Origin: Fimbriimonadales bacterium
GTDB taxonomy: Bacteria; Armatimonadota; Fimbriimonadia; Fimbriimonadales; ATM1
NCBI GenBank assembly: GCA_041744215.1
Contig: JBGTLG010000032.1
Location: 1-64,000, forward strand
Length of the DNA stretch: 64,000 bases
Reading direction: 5' to 3'
This document shows, piece after piece, positions 55,971 through 64,000 of the stretch. Below the pieces are notes generated by a model. It searched no databases. It was not told the origin of the DNA and worked only from the letters and a program-made list of their open reading frames with translations. The translations under genes were made by a program, and so were the position numbers. The number at the start of each line of letters is the position of its first letter. The stretch's first letter is position 1.

Positions 55971-57101
55971 CTATCCGTTATAAATGATCTTCTTGACGAC
56001 GTCGATCGTGTTCGCCGCATCGCCAGTCGACATTGCCTCGTCCAGATCGGGCTTTCTGGCGTAGATCTTGAGCGCCTTCTTCATGCTGTTTGCGAAGAAC
56101 TCCATACTAAGACGCATCGAGCGCACTTGCTCCGTGCGATAGGTGAACTGATCCTCGCCAAACCAGCCGTCATAGCCAGTATCAATCGCCGCATAGCAGA
56201 ACTCGACCAACCGCCAAATGTCGTCCGTTCCAGCAATCCGATCTTCGTCATTGCTGTTGAACTTCGCGCCGTTGATGTGGAAGTTCGCGATGGGAACGCC
56301 GAGTGTTTTCAGCATGTAGAGCGAGTCGGCGGGAGTGTTCCCCACCATCTGCTCGTGACCATAATCAATCACCACCCCCATAACAGTCTTGCCAAGATTC
56401 TTGTTGACTTCTTGCGCAACCAACGCCGCCTTAGCGACGGTGTTGACAATCATGTTGCCCTCGCGAGGTTCCTTTTGCTTTGGCTCGGTTCCGAACTTGA
56501 GCCCCAAATCATCGCAGCGTTTTGCGATCTCCGTGCAACCGTCGATATACCAAGACAGGCGTTTGCCGTAGTCAACTTCAAAGTGATAGTCCCAGCCGTC
56601 CGAACCTGGCCAGATGTTACAGCTCACGCAGCCCACCTCTTCGGCTATCTCAACTCCCTGCAAACACACAGCCAAACACTCTCGCCTCACGCTAGAATCA
56701 GGATGCGTGATTCCGCCGAACTTCCACTTTGGATCAGTCCAGGTATTCATGTTCATGTTCGTCGCGACAACCGAGTGCCTGGTCAATCCTTCTTTGACGT
56801 CGGCGATGATCGACGGGACTTTGCGATACGCCTGGTCAATAAAGACTCGCTCATGGAACTCGATTCCTCGAATGCCGGCCAATGAGACGCGCTCGATCTG
56901 CGGAAGAATGCCGTCCTCGAACGAAGGGTCGTCGCTGTTGTAGCCAATTGGGCAGAAGCGGTCAAAAAACTCACCTGCGCACCAATGCCCCGCGGCAAAC
57001 TGAATTCCGAAATCTTTAATGAACTCGTCGACGAGCTCCCCGTCGATATAACCGAGATACTTCGATTCGAGCAGCGATAAGGCGGCGGCGTCTGTTTTCA
57101 T
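55971..57101 (-). CDS. Xylose-isomerase-family sugar isomerase
   Basis: EFH, WPGSDG, EPK-x-KEPR, D-x-GHE, HIN, DED. Confidence 0.85.
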   Translation of the reverse strand: MKTDAAALSLLESKYLGYIDGELVDEFIKDFGIQFAAGHWCAGEFFDRFCPIGYNSDDPSFEDGILPQIERVSLAGIRGIEFHERVFIDQAYRKVPSIIADVKEGLTRHSVVATNMNMNTWTDPKWKFGGITHPDSSVRRECLAVCLQGVEIAEEVGCVSCNIWPGSDGWDYHFEVDYGKRLSWYIDGCTEIAKRCDDLGLKFGTEPKQKEPREGNMIVNTVAKAALVAQEVNKNLGKTVMGVVIDYGHEQMVGNTPADSLYMLKTLGVPIANFHINGAKFNSNDEDRIAGTDDIWRLVEFCYAAIDTGYDGWFGEDQFTYRTEQVRSMRLSMEFFANSMKKALKIYARKPDLDEAMSTGDAANTIDVVKKIIYNG

Positions 57102-57130
57102 TGTGGCCGACTACTTCGACAGCATCCTGG

Positions 57131-57814
57131 CTATCTCCTGCATGGCCGGAGACCGTACACATCCACCGAAACACCAGGTGAGTAGAATCCGATCGGCGCG
57201 AGATCGGGACGCTCGATCTGGTTCGCCGCGAGCATCGATTCTTCTACCTTCTGAACTTTCACTGACTGAATCTTGTATTTTGGGTGAACGACGTCCGCGG
57301 AACAGAGTTGTCCCCTCCGCATGGTGAAAAGCCGATAGCGCTCCACCAAAAACTCGTCCAGAGATCCTTCGGTAGCCTCTGACGCCGCACCGGAGATCGA
57401 GACCTCAATGGAGTGTTCTGCGGGAACCTGAGATGACCCTTTGCGCGATGACTCGTACCGAATCGTAGCCCCGACATCCAGCCGCATGCTTGCACGATGA
57501 TACGGCAGAGAGTAGAAAGCCCTCGCGATTCCGACCACCAGCGGATTCGAAGCATCGAGGCTGAAAAACCAGATGCCGATATCATCCCCCGAGCGAACAT
57601 AAGTTCTCACATTAGTCTCGTGAAGCGAGGATAAGCCAGGGATTGGTGGAAGAGCAACGTGACGAATGCCAGACATTGTGAATGGGATGAGTCCCACCCA
57701 TGCCTGACCGTCGAACGTATCGATTTCCAGTACGCCTGGCACGAGAGCCTGCAGTGACGCTGCAGGTACCGGCCAATGCAGAAACGTCAGGTGATGCCAA
57801 CTTTGACGCATCAC
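57131..57814 (-). CDS. DUF2071 (YqjF) family protein
   Basis: MRQSW..LTFLHW, ETNVRTYV, WFFSLDA, FLVERY. Confidence 0.9.
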   Translation of the reverse strand: MMRQSWHHLTFLHWPVPAASLQALVPGVLEIDTFDGQAWVGLIPFTMSGIRHVALPPIPGLSSLHETNVRTYVRSGDDIGIWFFSLDASNPLVVGIARAFYSLPYHRASMRLDVGATIRYESSRKGSSQVPAEHSIEVSISGAASEATEGSLDEFLVERYRLFTMRRGQLCSADVVHPKYKIQSVKVQKVEESMLAANQIERPDLAPIGFYSPGVSVDVYGLRPCRR

Positions 57815-57831
57815 CCTTCGACCCGAAGGGC

Positions 57832-59313
57832 TTAGTGCATTTGGAACTCTGGTGCCGAAAACAGGAGTAACGTTACCGCGCCAACCATCTTCGATGCTGA
57901 GAGCTTGTCCCTAAGCGCCCCCAATCCGCCGTTCTTCTCGCATGCTTCATACATAGGCTTCAGCTTGTCCGCAGAAATCTTCGCGTCAAGCAAATCGCAG
58001 ATACCGTCGACAAACTGAACTGGTGTGGTGGGTCGATACTCGAGCAAGACGCGCGTCCCCAATCCCTGGCCACCGTCTTTCGACTCGTTGGCCTCGCCAA
58101 AAAGCAGCGATGCGAGGTTGATGCGCTGCGTCATCGAGTCACTGCTGATCCAGTTGTTTCCCCAATTCCATCCACCAACGTCGGGTGGGTACAGCAGCAA
58201 CATTCCCTGTCCGTTCATCAAAAAGACGACGCCTCCGCTTATGTCTCTAAGGAGCTTCGGCAGCGGAGTCGTTCGCGTCGCATCAGCCCTCCGCACGGAG
58301 ACCAGAAGCGTTCCGAGATCAATCTGCCGTGTGAGAGAAACTGTAAAGTCGACCGGACTTTTCACCTTCGAACGAACGCACCTTTCAGAGTAGAACTCCG
58401 GCGACCGCGCGATAGAAAGCAGAACCTGTTTGATGTCACCATCCGTCTCTCCAAACACTTTCGCGAGCCTCTCAACAACTGATGGCTCTGGATTTTCATA
58501 AGCGAAAAATTCCCACAATTTCTTGCAGATGTGCCGAGCGGTTTCTGGCCGTGCAGACAGCATCTCCAGTAGCGAGTCGCCATCGTAGTTCGCAGTTTGT
58601 CCCAATACTGTCTTTTTGCCGTCGTCGTGTAACTCGGGGCTGTTTGCGAACACGACTGGCATTCGATCCTCAGTGATGAAGCGACGCATCGTAGGTTGCA
58701 GATTTTCGCCCCCTTGCTCGAAGACTAAGTAACGAATTCCCCAGCCTGTAAACGCTCTCGCTGCTTCTTTGATGTCGGCTTCTGAATACGCTCCCTTCCC
58801 AACCGTAAACAGCTCTAACAGCTCGCGAGAGAAGTTCTCATTTGGATTCCCGGAAAAACTCTGATCAGTATCTAGATAGCGGATCATCGCAGGTTCCTTG
58901 CTTACTGCTTTCAACAAGGTTGCGAATCTTCCGCTTGCGTTGTCACGCAGCGCGTTGAGGTACTTCAACATCATCGGGCCAAACTCGACCTTCTGCGCAC
59001 TCACTGCAAAGTGATCGTGCCAAAAGAGCGCCAGTTTCTCTTGCAATGGCCGCTTTGTAATCATCATCCGAAGCGCCCACCAAGCGGCCGGCCGGAATGG
59101 ATCCAGGTACACCTCATCCGTCCCATCCTCAAAGCAGTACTCCCACGGGCTCACAGGGAACCCCTCGTCGACCTTGCCGTAGTCGATCAAGCGGTTGACC
59201 GCTCCGTCCCGCCCGAGCGGGATGAACTCCTTCAGTTCCGTTCGCGACGCGCCGAGCCCGAAACGGCGAAGCAGGTGACGGATGCTCTCTTCTTCGTTCA
59301 TTCCCATCTGCAT
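57832..59313 (-). CDS. DUF1800 family protein
   Basis: HLLRRFGLG, LFWHDHF, PAMIRYLD, NENFSRELLELFT, KSPVDF, PPDVGGW. Confidence 0.92.
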   Translation of the reverse strand: MQMGMNEEESIRHLLRRFGLGASRTELKEFIPLGRDGAVNRLIDYGKVDEGFPVSPWEYCFEDGTDEVYLDPFRPAAWWALRMMITKRPLQEKLALFWHDHFAVSAQKVEFGPMMLKYLNALRDNASGRFATLLKAVSKEPAMIRYLDTDQSFSGNPNENFSRELLELFTVGKGAYSEADIKEAARAFTGWGIRYLVFEQGGENLQPTMRRFITEDRMPVVFANSPELHDDGKKTVLGQTANYDGDSLLEMLSARPETARHICKKLWEFFAYENPEPSVVERLAKVFGETDGDIKQVLLSIARSPEFYSERCVRSKVKSPVDFTVSLTRQIDLGTLLVSVRRADATRTTPLPKLLRDISGGVVFLMNGQGMLLLYPPDVGGWNWGNNWISSDSMTQRINLASLLFGEANESKDGGQGLGTRVLLEYRPTTPVQFVDGICDLLDAKISADKLKPMYEACEKNGGLGALRDKLSASKMVGAVTLLLFSAPEFQMH

Positions 59314-59417
59314 TGTAATCCCAATCGCGAACGGGCGTCATCAACGCGACAAGATTGGGCCCATTGCCCCAGCAGCATCGGCATTGTCACGCTACGGGCA
59401 TTCGTCATACTCACCCT

Positions 59418-60314
59418 GTGCGGCCGTCTGCGTTCAGTTTGCCCCTCTTGCTCACGGTGCTCGCCTGGGGCTTTAACTTCGTTGCGCTCAAGCTTGTTTA
59501 CGAGCAAGTGAGCCCTGCGGCGACATCGCTGATACGCTTTGTCATCACATTCGCGGCGATGATTCCGCTTTGCCTGCTCTTGAAAGAGTCACTCAGGTAC
59601 CCAAAAGGCGAAGCAGTGCGGTTCCTCTGGCTCGGCTTTGTTGCGATGGGTGCGTACATGATCTTGTTTCTTGAGGGCCTCGCGCGAACAACGCCCGCGG
59701 ACTCAGCGATCATCCTCGCGACTGCGCCGATCTTCACCTATTTTTTTGCGATTGCCGCTAAGCAGGAGTTCTTCAGCTTTCGAGCGTTTCTTGGTTCGCT
59801 CGTCGCATTTGCTGGCGTCGGCATTGTCATACTTGGAGCTGGAGCTGGCGCCGGCGGGACGTTGCTGGGCAACTCGCTCACGCTGCTGTCAAGCTTGGTG
59901 TGGGCTTACAGCGCTGTGTTTAGCAGACCACTCATGCAGGCCTACTCGCCTGCTCGCGTGTTCACGCTTGCGATGCCAGGATCGCTGCTCGCCTTGCTAC
60001 CCTATGGCGCGTATGCTGTGTATCAAACTGATTTCGCTTCGCTGACTCCGACAACGTGGGGAATGATGTTGCATGTCGCGCTTCTTGCTGGAGCGCTCGG
60101 ATTTACAGGGTTTTACATAGGTGTGCGCCAGGTTGGAGCGGCGGGCGCGATGCTGTATCAGTTCCTCGTTCCTCCGATCGCAATGCTATCTGCGGCCGCG
60201 CTGCTTGACAAGCACATCACAGCGATACAAGTGGCTGGATTTGCGCTCGTTGTCGTTGGCGTTATCTGGGCAACTCGAGCGCGACACAAAGCGGACGCGG
60301 CGCCAGCGCCGTAA
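59418..60314 (+). CDS. DMT/EamA family transporter
   Basis: WGFNF-x-x-x-K; about 10 TMs; GTG start inferred. Confidence 0.88.
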   Translation: MRPSAFSLPLLLTVLAWGFNFVALKLVYEQVSPAATSLIRFVITFAAMIPLCLLLKESLRYPKGEAVRFLWLGFVAMGAYMILFLEGLARTTPADSAIILATAPIFTYFFAIAAKQEFFSFRAFLGSLVAFAGVGIVILGAGAGAGGTLLGNSLTLLSSLVWAYSAVFSRPLMQAYSPARVFTLAMPGSLLALLPYGAYAVYQTDFASLTPTTWGMMLHVALLAGALGFTGFYIGVRQVGAAGAMLYQFLVPPIAMLSAAALLDKHITAIQVAGFALVVVGVIWATRARHKADAAPAP

Positions 60315-61400
60315 CTACGCTATCGAAATGTCGTCGCAAAGATAAACGTCTTGTATCGCGTTCAGAATTTCGACGCCATCTTCCATCGGCCGCTGGAACG
60401 CCTTGCGACCAGAGATCAGGCCCATTCCACCAGCCCGCTTATTGATCACAGCGGTCGTAACTGCATCCTTCAAATCGTTGTCTCCGCTTGCGCCGCCCGA
60501 GTTAATCAGCCCAGCGCGACCCATATAGCAGTTCGCAACCTGATACCTGCAAAGGTCAATTGGATGATCGCTTGTCAATTCTGAGTAAATGCGCTTGTCA
60601 GTTTTGCCGTAGCTACTCCCTTCCATGTTCAGCGCAAGATAACCACCATTGTTCTCCGGGAGTTTCTGTTTGATGATGTCTGCTTCGATCGTCACTCCGA
60701 GGTGATTTGCCTGCCCTGTCAAATCCGCCGCGACATGGTAATCCGTGTCGCTCTTGAATTCCGAATTGCGAAGGTAACACCATAAAACGGTCGCCATCCC
60801 GAGATCGTGCGCATGGTGAAACGCCTGGCTAACTTCGAAGATCTGCCGCCCACTCTCTTCGCTGCCAAAGTAAATGGTAGCGCCCACTGCTGCTGCGCCC
60901 ATGTCCCACGCCTGCTCCACACTCGCGAACATGATTTGATCGAACTTGTTCGGATACGTGAGCAGCTCGTTGTGATTCAGTTTTACGATGAAAGGAATCT
61001 TGTGCGCGTACTTCCTGGCGCATGCTCCCAAACCACCGAGCGTCGACGCAACCGCATTGCAGCCGCCTTCGATCGCAAGCCGCACAACGTTTTCGGGGTC
61101 GAAGTAGATGGGATTCTTTGCAAAGCTCGCGCCAGCGCTGTGCTCGATACCTTGATCGACGGGAAGGATGCTCACGTATCCCGTTCCGGCAAGCCTTCCG
61201 TGGTCGACAATCTGCTGAAGACTGCGCATAACCTGCGGTCCGCGATCGGAACAAGACACGACACGGTCGACAAAATCCGCCCCCGGCAGATGGAGCAAAT
61301 CCCGGGCAATTGTCCTGCACTCATGGCGAAGCAGGTTTTCAGAGTCTGCCCCGAGGATTTCGGCAATGCGGTCGATTTCTCTTTGTGCGGCAATGGACAT
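60315..61400 (-). CDS. fbaB: Class I fructose-bisphosphate aldolase
   Basis: [37 protein letters not shown]. Confidence 0.96.
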   Translation of the reverse strand: MSIAAQREIDRIAEILGADSENLLRHECRTIARDLLHLPGADFVDRVVSCSDRGPQVMRSLQQIVDHGRLAGTGYVSILPVDQGIEHSAGASFAKNPIYFDPENVVRLAIEGGCNAVASTLGGLGACARKYAHKIPFIVKLNHNELLTYPNKFDQIMFASVEQAWDMGAAAVGATIYFGSEESGRQIFEVSQAFHHAHDLGMATVLWCYLRNSEFKSDTDYHVAADLTGQANHLGVTIEADIIKQKLPENNGGYLALNMEGSSYGKTDKRIYSELTSDHPIDLCRYQVANCYMGRAGLINSGGASGDNDLKDAVTTAVINKRAGGMGLISGRKAFQRPMEDGVEILNAIQDVYLCDDISIA

Positions 61401-61446
61401 GTTTCAGTTTCCTGCGCTATTTTGACAGCATCGCGGCTTCTCCTGG

Positions 61447-62244
61447 CTAACGCCCGGAGTCGTTCGTGCGGGTGTCCTCCAAGTTGGTAGCCGAAGCAGC
61501 CGTCGGACCCGTCGTTAGATCCCGCGCCAGCCTGAGAACGCGGAACGACTCTACTTTCACAACCACCGGTCTCGTCTTCGCCGTGACGGCCAGGGAAGCC
61601 GCTACGTTTTCCTTGTCGGCCCAATCCTCCGATGAATGCACGGTGCCGACGATCTCGACCTCGCAAGTCTTCGCAATCTGCCGATACCTCGCCATAACTT
61701 TGTCTGCAACCGCCTTGAGTTCAGATCGCTTTGGGATGATGAGCACAAGCGGCGTCTCACCGACCGCATCGTATTCGGCGGTCATCGCGTTTTCCCGAAA
61801 GTGAGCCCAAGCTTTCGTCGCGCCCTCCCTCTCGATGGCCGCGACCTGTGCGCTCCACGCGTTGACGCCGTTCTGCAAGCGCGTATACGCCTCCACATCT
61901 GCGGCGCTGGCCCTGCCATCCGGATCACCTTCCAGCGACTTTGAAATCTCGTCCATCTCGTCATGGTCAGCAAAGAACGCCACCCAGTCCAGCGAGGCGT
62001 TTGGCGTGAGAACCAGCAGATAGGAGCCGCCAACTTTGTAGCTCTCGCCCTCCCCAAGCAGCCAGCCGGTCGTCGTCACTTTGGAATCGATCGACGACTC
62101 GAGCGATGCATATGGAGTGACCAAGGCATCTCCGGTGGTGCCTGTCGCCTCCGTGCCACCCCTCTGACAACCACCGAGGAGGAGTCCAAGCGACAAGCAA
62201 CTGACCGTCAGTCTATTCATTAGGCTCATCATGAAGCGAACCAC
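61447..62244 (-). CDS. Hypothetical lipoprotein
   Basis: LGGC lipobox; several possible Met starts. Confidence 0.7.
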   Translation of the reverse strand: MVRFMMSLMNRLTVSCLSLGLLLGGCQRGGTEATGTTGDALVTPYASLESSIDSKVTTTGWLLGEGESYKVGGSYLLVLTPNASLDWVAFFADHDEMDEISKSLEGDPDGRASAADVEAYTRLQNGVNAWSAQVAAIEREGATKAWAHFRENAMTAEYDAVGETPLVLIIPKRSELKAVADKVMARYRQIAKTCEVEIVGTVHSSEDWADKENVAASLAVTAKTRPVVVKVESFRVLRLARDLTTGPTAASATNLEDTRTNDSGR

Positions 62245-62246
62245 CG

Positions 62247-62861
62247 CTACTTAGCAAGGTCGGCATAGCCACCGAGTTCATAGAGTTGACTCCGAATCCA
62301 CTCAAGGATGACCTCGTCCGGCTCGTCGACGAACGTGCGGGGCGGCCCAAACCGGACGGACACGCCTCCGAAGGCGGGTCTCGGGATCACCTTGGAAAAC
62401 GGCAGGATTCGCCGCGTACCCCGAATTCCCGCACAAATCACCGGCGCACCCGCCTTCCGAATGATCATCGAAGCTCCCGCAAGGATAGGGAGCGGATTTC
62501 CGTCCTCGCTAATTTCGCCCTCTGGGAACATGGCCACACAGTCTCCACGAGTCAGATGCTCGATCGCCGTGCGGATTGCAGTGCGGTCGGCCGTGCCGCG
62601 CCGAACCGGGAACGCACCGACGGCTTTGATCAGTGGCCCGATCACCCGCATCTGAAAGAGTTCAGACTTCGCCATGAAGTGCGCTCGCCGCGGTATCGCG
62701 TGACCCAGGGCTGGCGGATCCGCATCGCTGATGTGGTTGGCCAAGATCAGCACGGCTCCCGTCCGCGGGACATTCTCGCGGCCAAAAACGCGCACCGGAC
62801 CGAAGAGAAACATCACGATGGCCGCGAGTATCTTCGCCAACCGCCAGACCACTCTCGACAT
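62247..62861 (-). CDS. plsC: 1-acyl-sn-glycerol-3-phosphate acyltransferase
   Basis: NHISDAD, MAKSEL, FPEG. Confidence 0.92.
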   Translation of the reverse strand: MSRVVWRLAKILAAIVMFLFGPVRVFGRENVPRTGAVLILANHISDADPPALGHAIPRRAHFMAKSELFQMRVIGPLIKAVGAFPVRRGTADRTAIRTAIEHLTRGDCVAMFPEGEISEDGNPLPILAGASMIIRKAGAPVICAGIRGTRRILPFSKVIPRPAFGGVSVRFGPPRTFVDEPDEVILEWIRSQLYELGGYADLAK

Positions 62862-62996
62862 CGCCGGTAGTTTAGCGCGGTGCAGACATACAGAATTTTT
62901 GCGGGGTTTTTCCCCGTGAAAGTGCGGAAAGGTGTCTCAGGGCGTGTACACCCAACAAACGCGGGCGGGGTGCGTGTGGATAGGGACTTAGCGAGG

Positions 62997-63926
62997 ATGA
63001 TGAAGCGGGAAAACTCAAGCGAGCCCCCGCACCTGGATGACTCAATGACCGGGGACGGGGCGCAGAAACTGCGCATCCTATTCAATAGGATTAGCGCGCT
63101 TCCGCGCCTCAACGACGCTGCAGTGAAGCTCGTGCGCTTGCTCGAAAACGACGCAGCGCCCATCCATCAGCTCGAGTTGATTATCTCCAGCGATCCAGCA
63201 TTGGCCACAAAAGTCTTGCGCACAGCGTCGATGCTGCTCGATATCCCTTACTCGCGACGTCAGCTCTCGATTGCAAGCGCAGTCATGCTGCTCGGCATTC
63301 GGAGCACACGTGCCGTCGCGCTGTCGTTGGCAATCAACTCGACGCTTCTTTCTTCGAGGAGAACACCATTCTTCGAACCGCGTCGATTTGTCCGTCACAA
63401 TCTATATGTCGCATTCTCCGCGGCGAACGTTTACCGTAGAATTCAAGTTGACAGATTTCCCGACGCGAAGTGGTCACCTGACGAAGTCTTCGCTGCGGGT
63501 TTGCTTTACAACTTGGGCGTTCCCATTCACTATCACGTTCATCAAGAACTGTTCAATTTCGTCGCACACCAAGCGCAAGACGAATCACTTACGTTTAACG
63601 ATATGTTTAGAAAGACCTACGGCGAGACGTTAGGCAGTCTTGCTGCGGAAACTGCTCGACTCTGGGAGTTGCCCACTCTGTTCGGCAACGTGATGCGTCA
63701 GGTCGAACAGCCGATAACGCTGAGTGAAGCATCACTGCCTGCGATTTGCGTACGCTATGGACGGTTCTTGGCACATGAATCGGGCTTTCTTGAGCTGCCC
63801 TGGGAAGCGCGTGACCAGAACGCTGACGAGATCGTTCAGTCAATCTCGTTCGACGCGGACCTGGTTCCCGTCGTTCACGAAACCGTCGCGCGCCAAGTTT
63901 CGTCGTACGAGCGCATCGCGGCGTAA
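62997..63926 (+). CDS. HDOD-domain protein
   Basis: LPRL, IISSDPALATKVLR-x-A, AVMLLG, AGLLYNLG, WELP; start uncertain. Confidence 0.88.
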   Translation: MMKRENSSEPPHLDDSMTGDGAQKLRILFNRISALPRLNDAAVKLVRLLENDAAPIHQLELIISSDPALATKVLRTASMLLDIPYSRRQLSIASAVMLLGIRSTRAVALSLAINSTLLSSRRTPFFEPRRFVRHNLYVAFSAANVYRRIQVDRFPDAKWSPDEVFAAGLLYNLGVPIHYHVHQELFNFVAHQAQDESLTFNDMFRKTYGETLGSLAAETARLWELPTLFGNVMRQVEQPITLSEASLPAICVRYGRFLAHESGFLELPWEARDQNADEIVQSISFDADLVPVVHETVARQVSSYERIAA

Positions 63927-64000
63927 TCGCTCCCTCGGTTGCCCGACCGCCCTCCCCCTTCGCCGGCCAGAGAAGCCCCTACGGGAGCCCACACCCACCA

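Noticed and set aside
62893-62918. GAAT-N18-CGTG as another ECF site
   Set aside because: Mismatched in both boxes; too weak
1-64000. CRISPR arrays, tRNA/rRNA, transposases, integrases, prophage or defence genes
   Set aside because: No repeat-spacer pattern or diagnostic motif was seen by eye

Overview
Gene-dense bacterial window, roughly 58-60% GC by eye. Gene content suggests Armatimonadota/Fimbriimonadia (inference only). The first 27.3 kb is one co-oriented minus-strand type IV pilus locus: pilB-pilT-pilC-pilD, then a greatly enlarged minor-pilin/tip cassette (268-aa pilin, ~680-aa PilV- and PilW-like, 970-aa PilX-like, and 1520-aa and 2120-aa secreted beta-propeller proteins), then pilM-pilN-pilO (cut by the window edge). 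Next come a DsbD-N/redoxin pair and a small cassette with a pseudopilin and a 12-Cys secreted peptide. An envelope cluster follows (rhomboid, DUF5693, csaB, an 851-aa outer-membrane barrel with SprA-like inserts, a 925-aa secreted pseudo-peptidase, a lipoprotein, an LptC/LptA-like protein), then prfB with its +1 frameshift and assorted housekeeping and secreted-enzyme genes. A GAAC-N17/18-CGTC ECF-sigma-type promoter recurs upstream of five pilus/surface units. No rRNA, tRNA, CRISPR array or mobile element was recognised. All family calls are by eye, without database searches.
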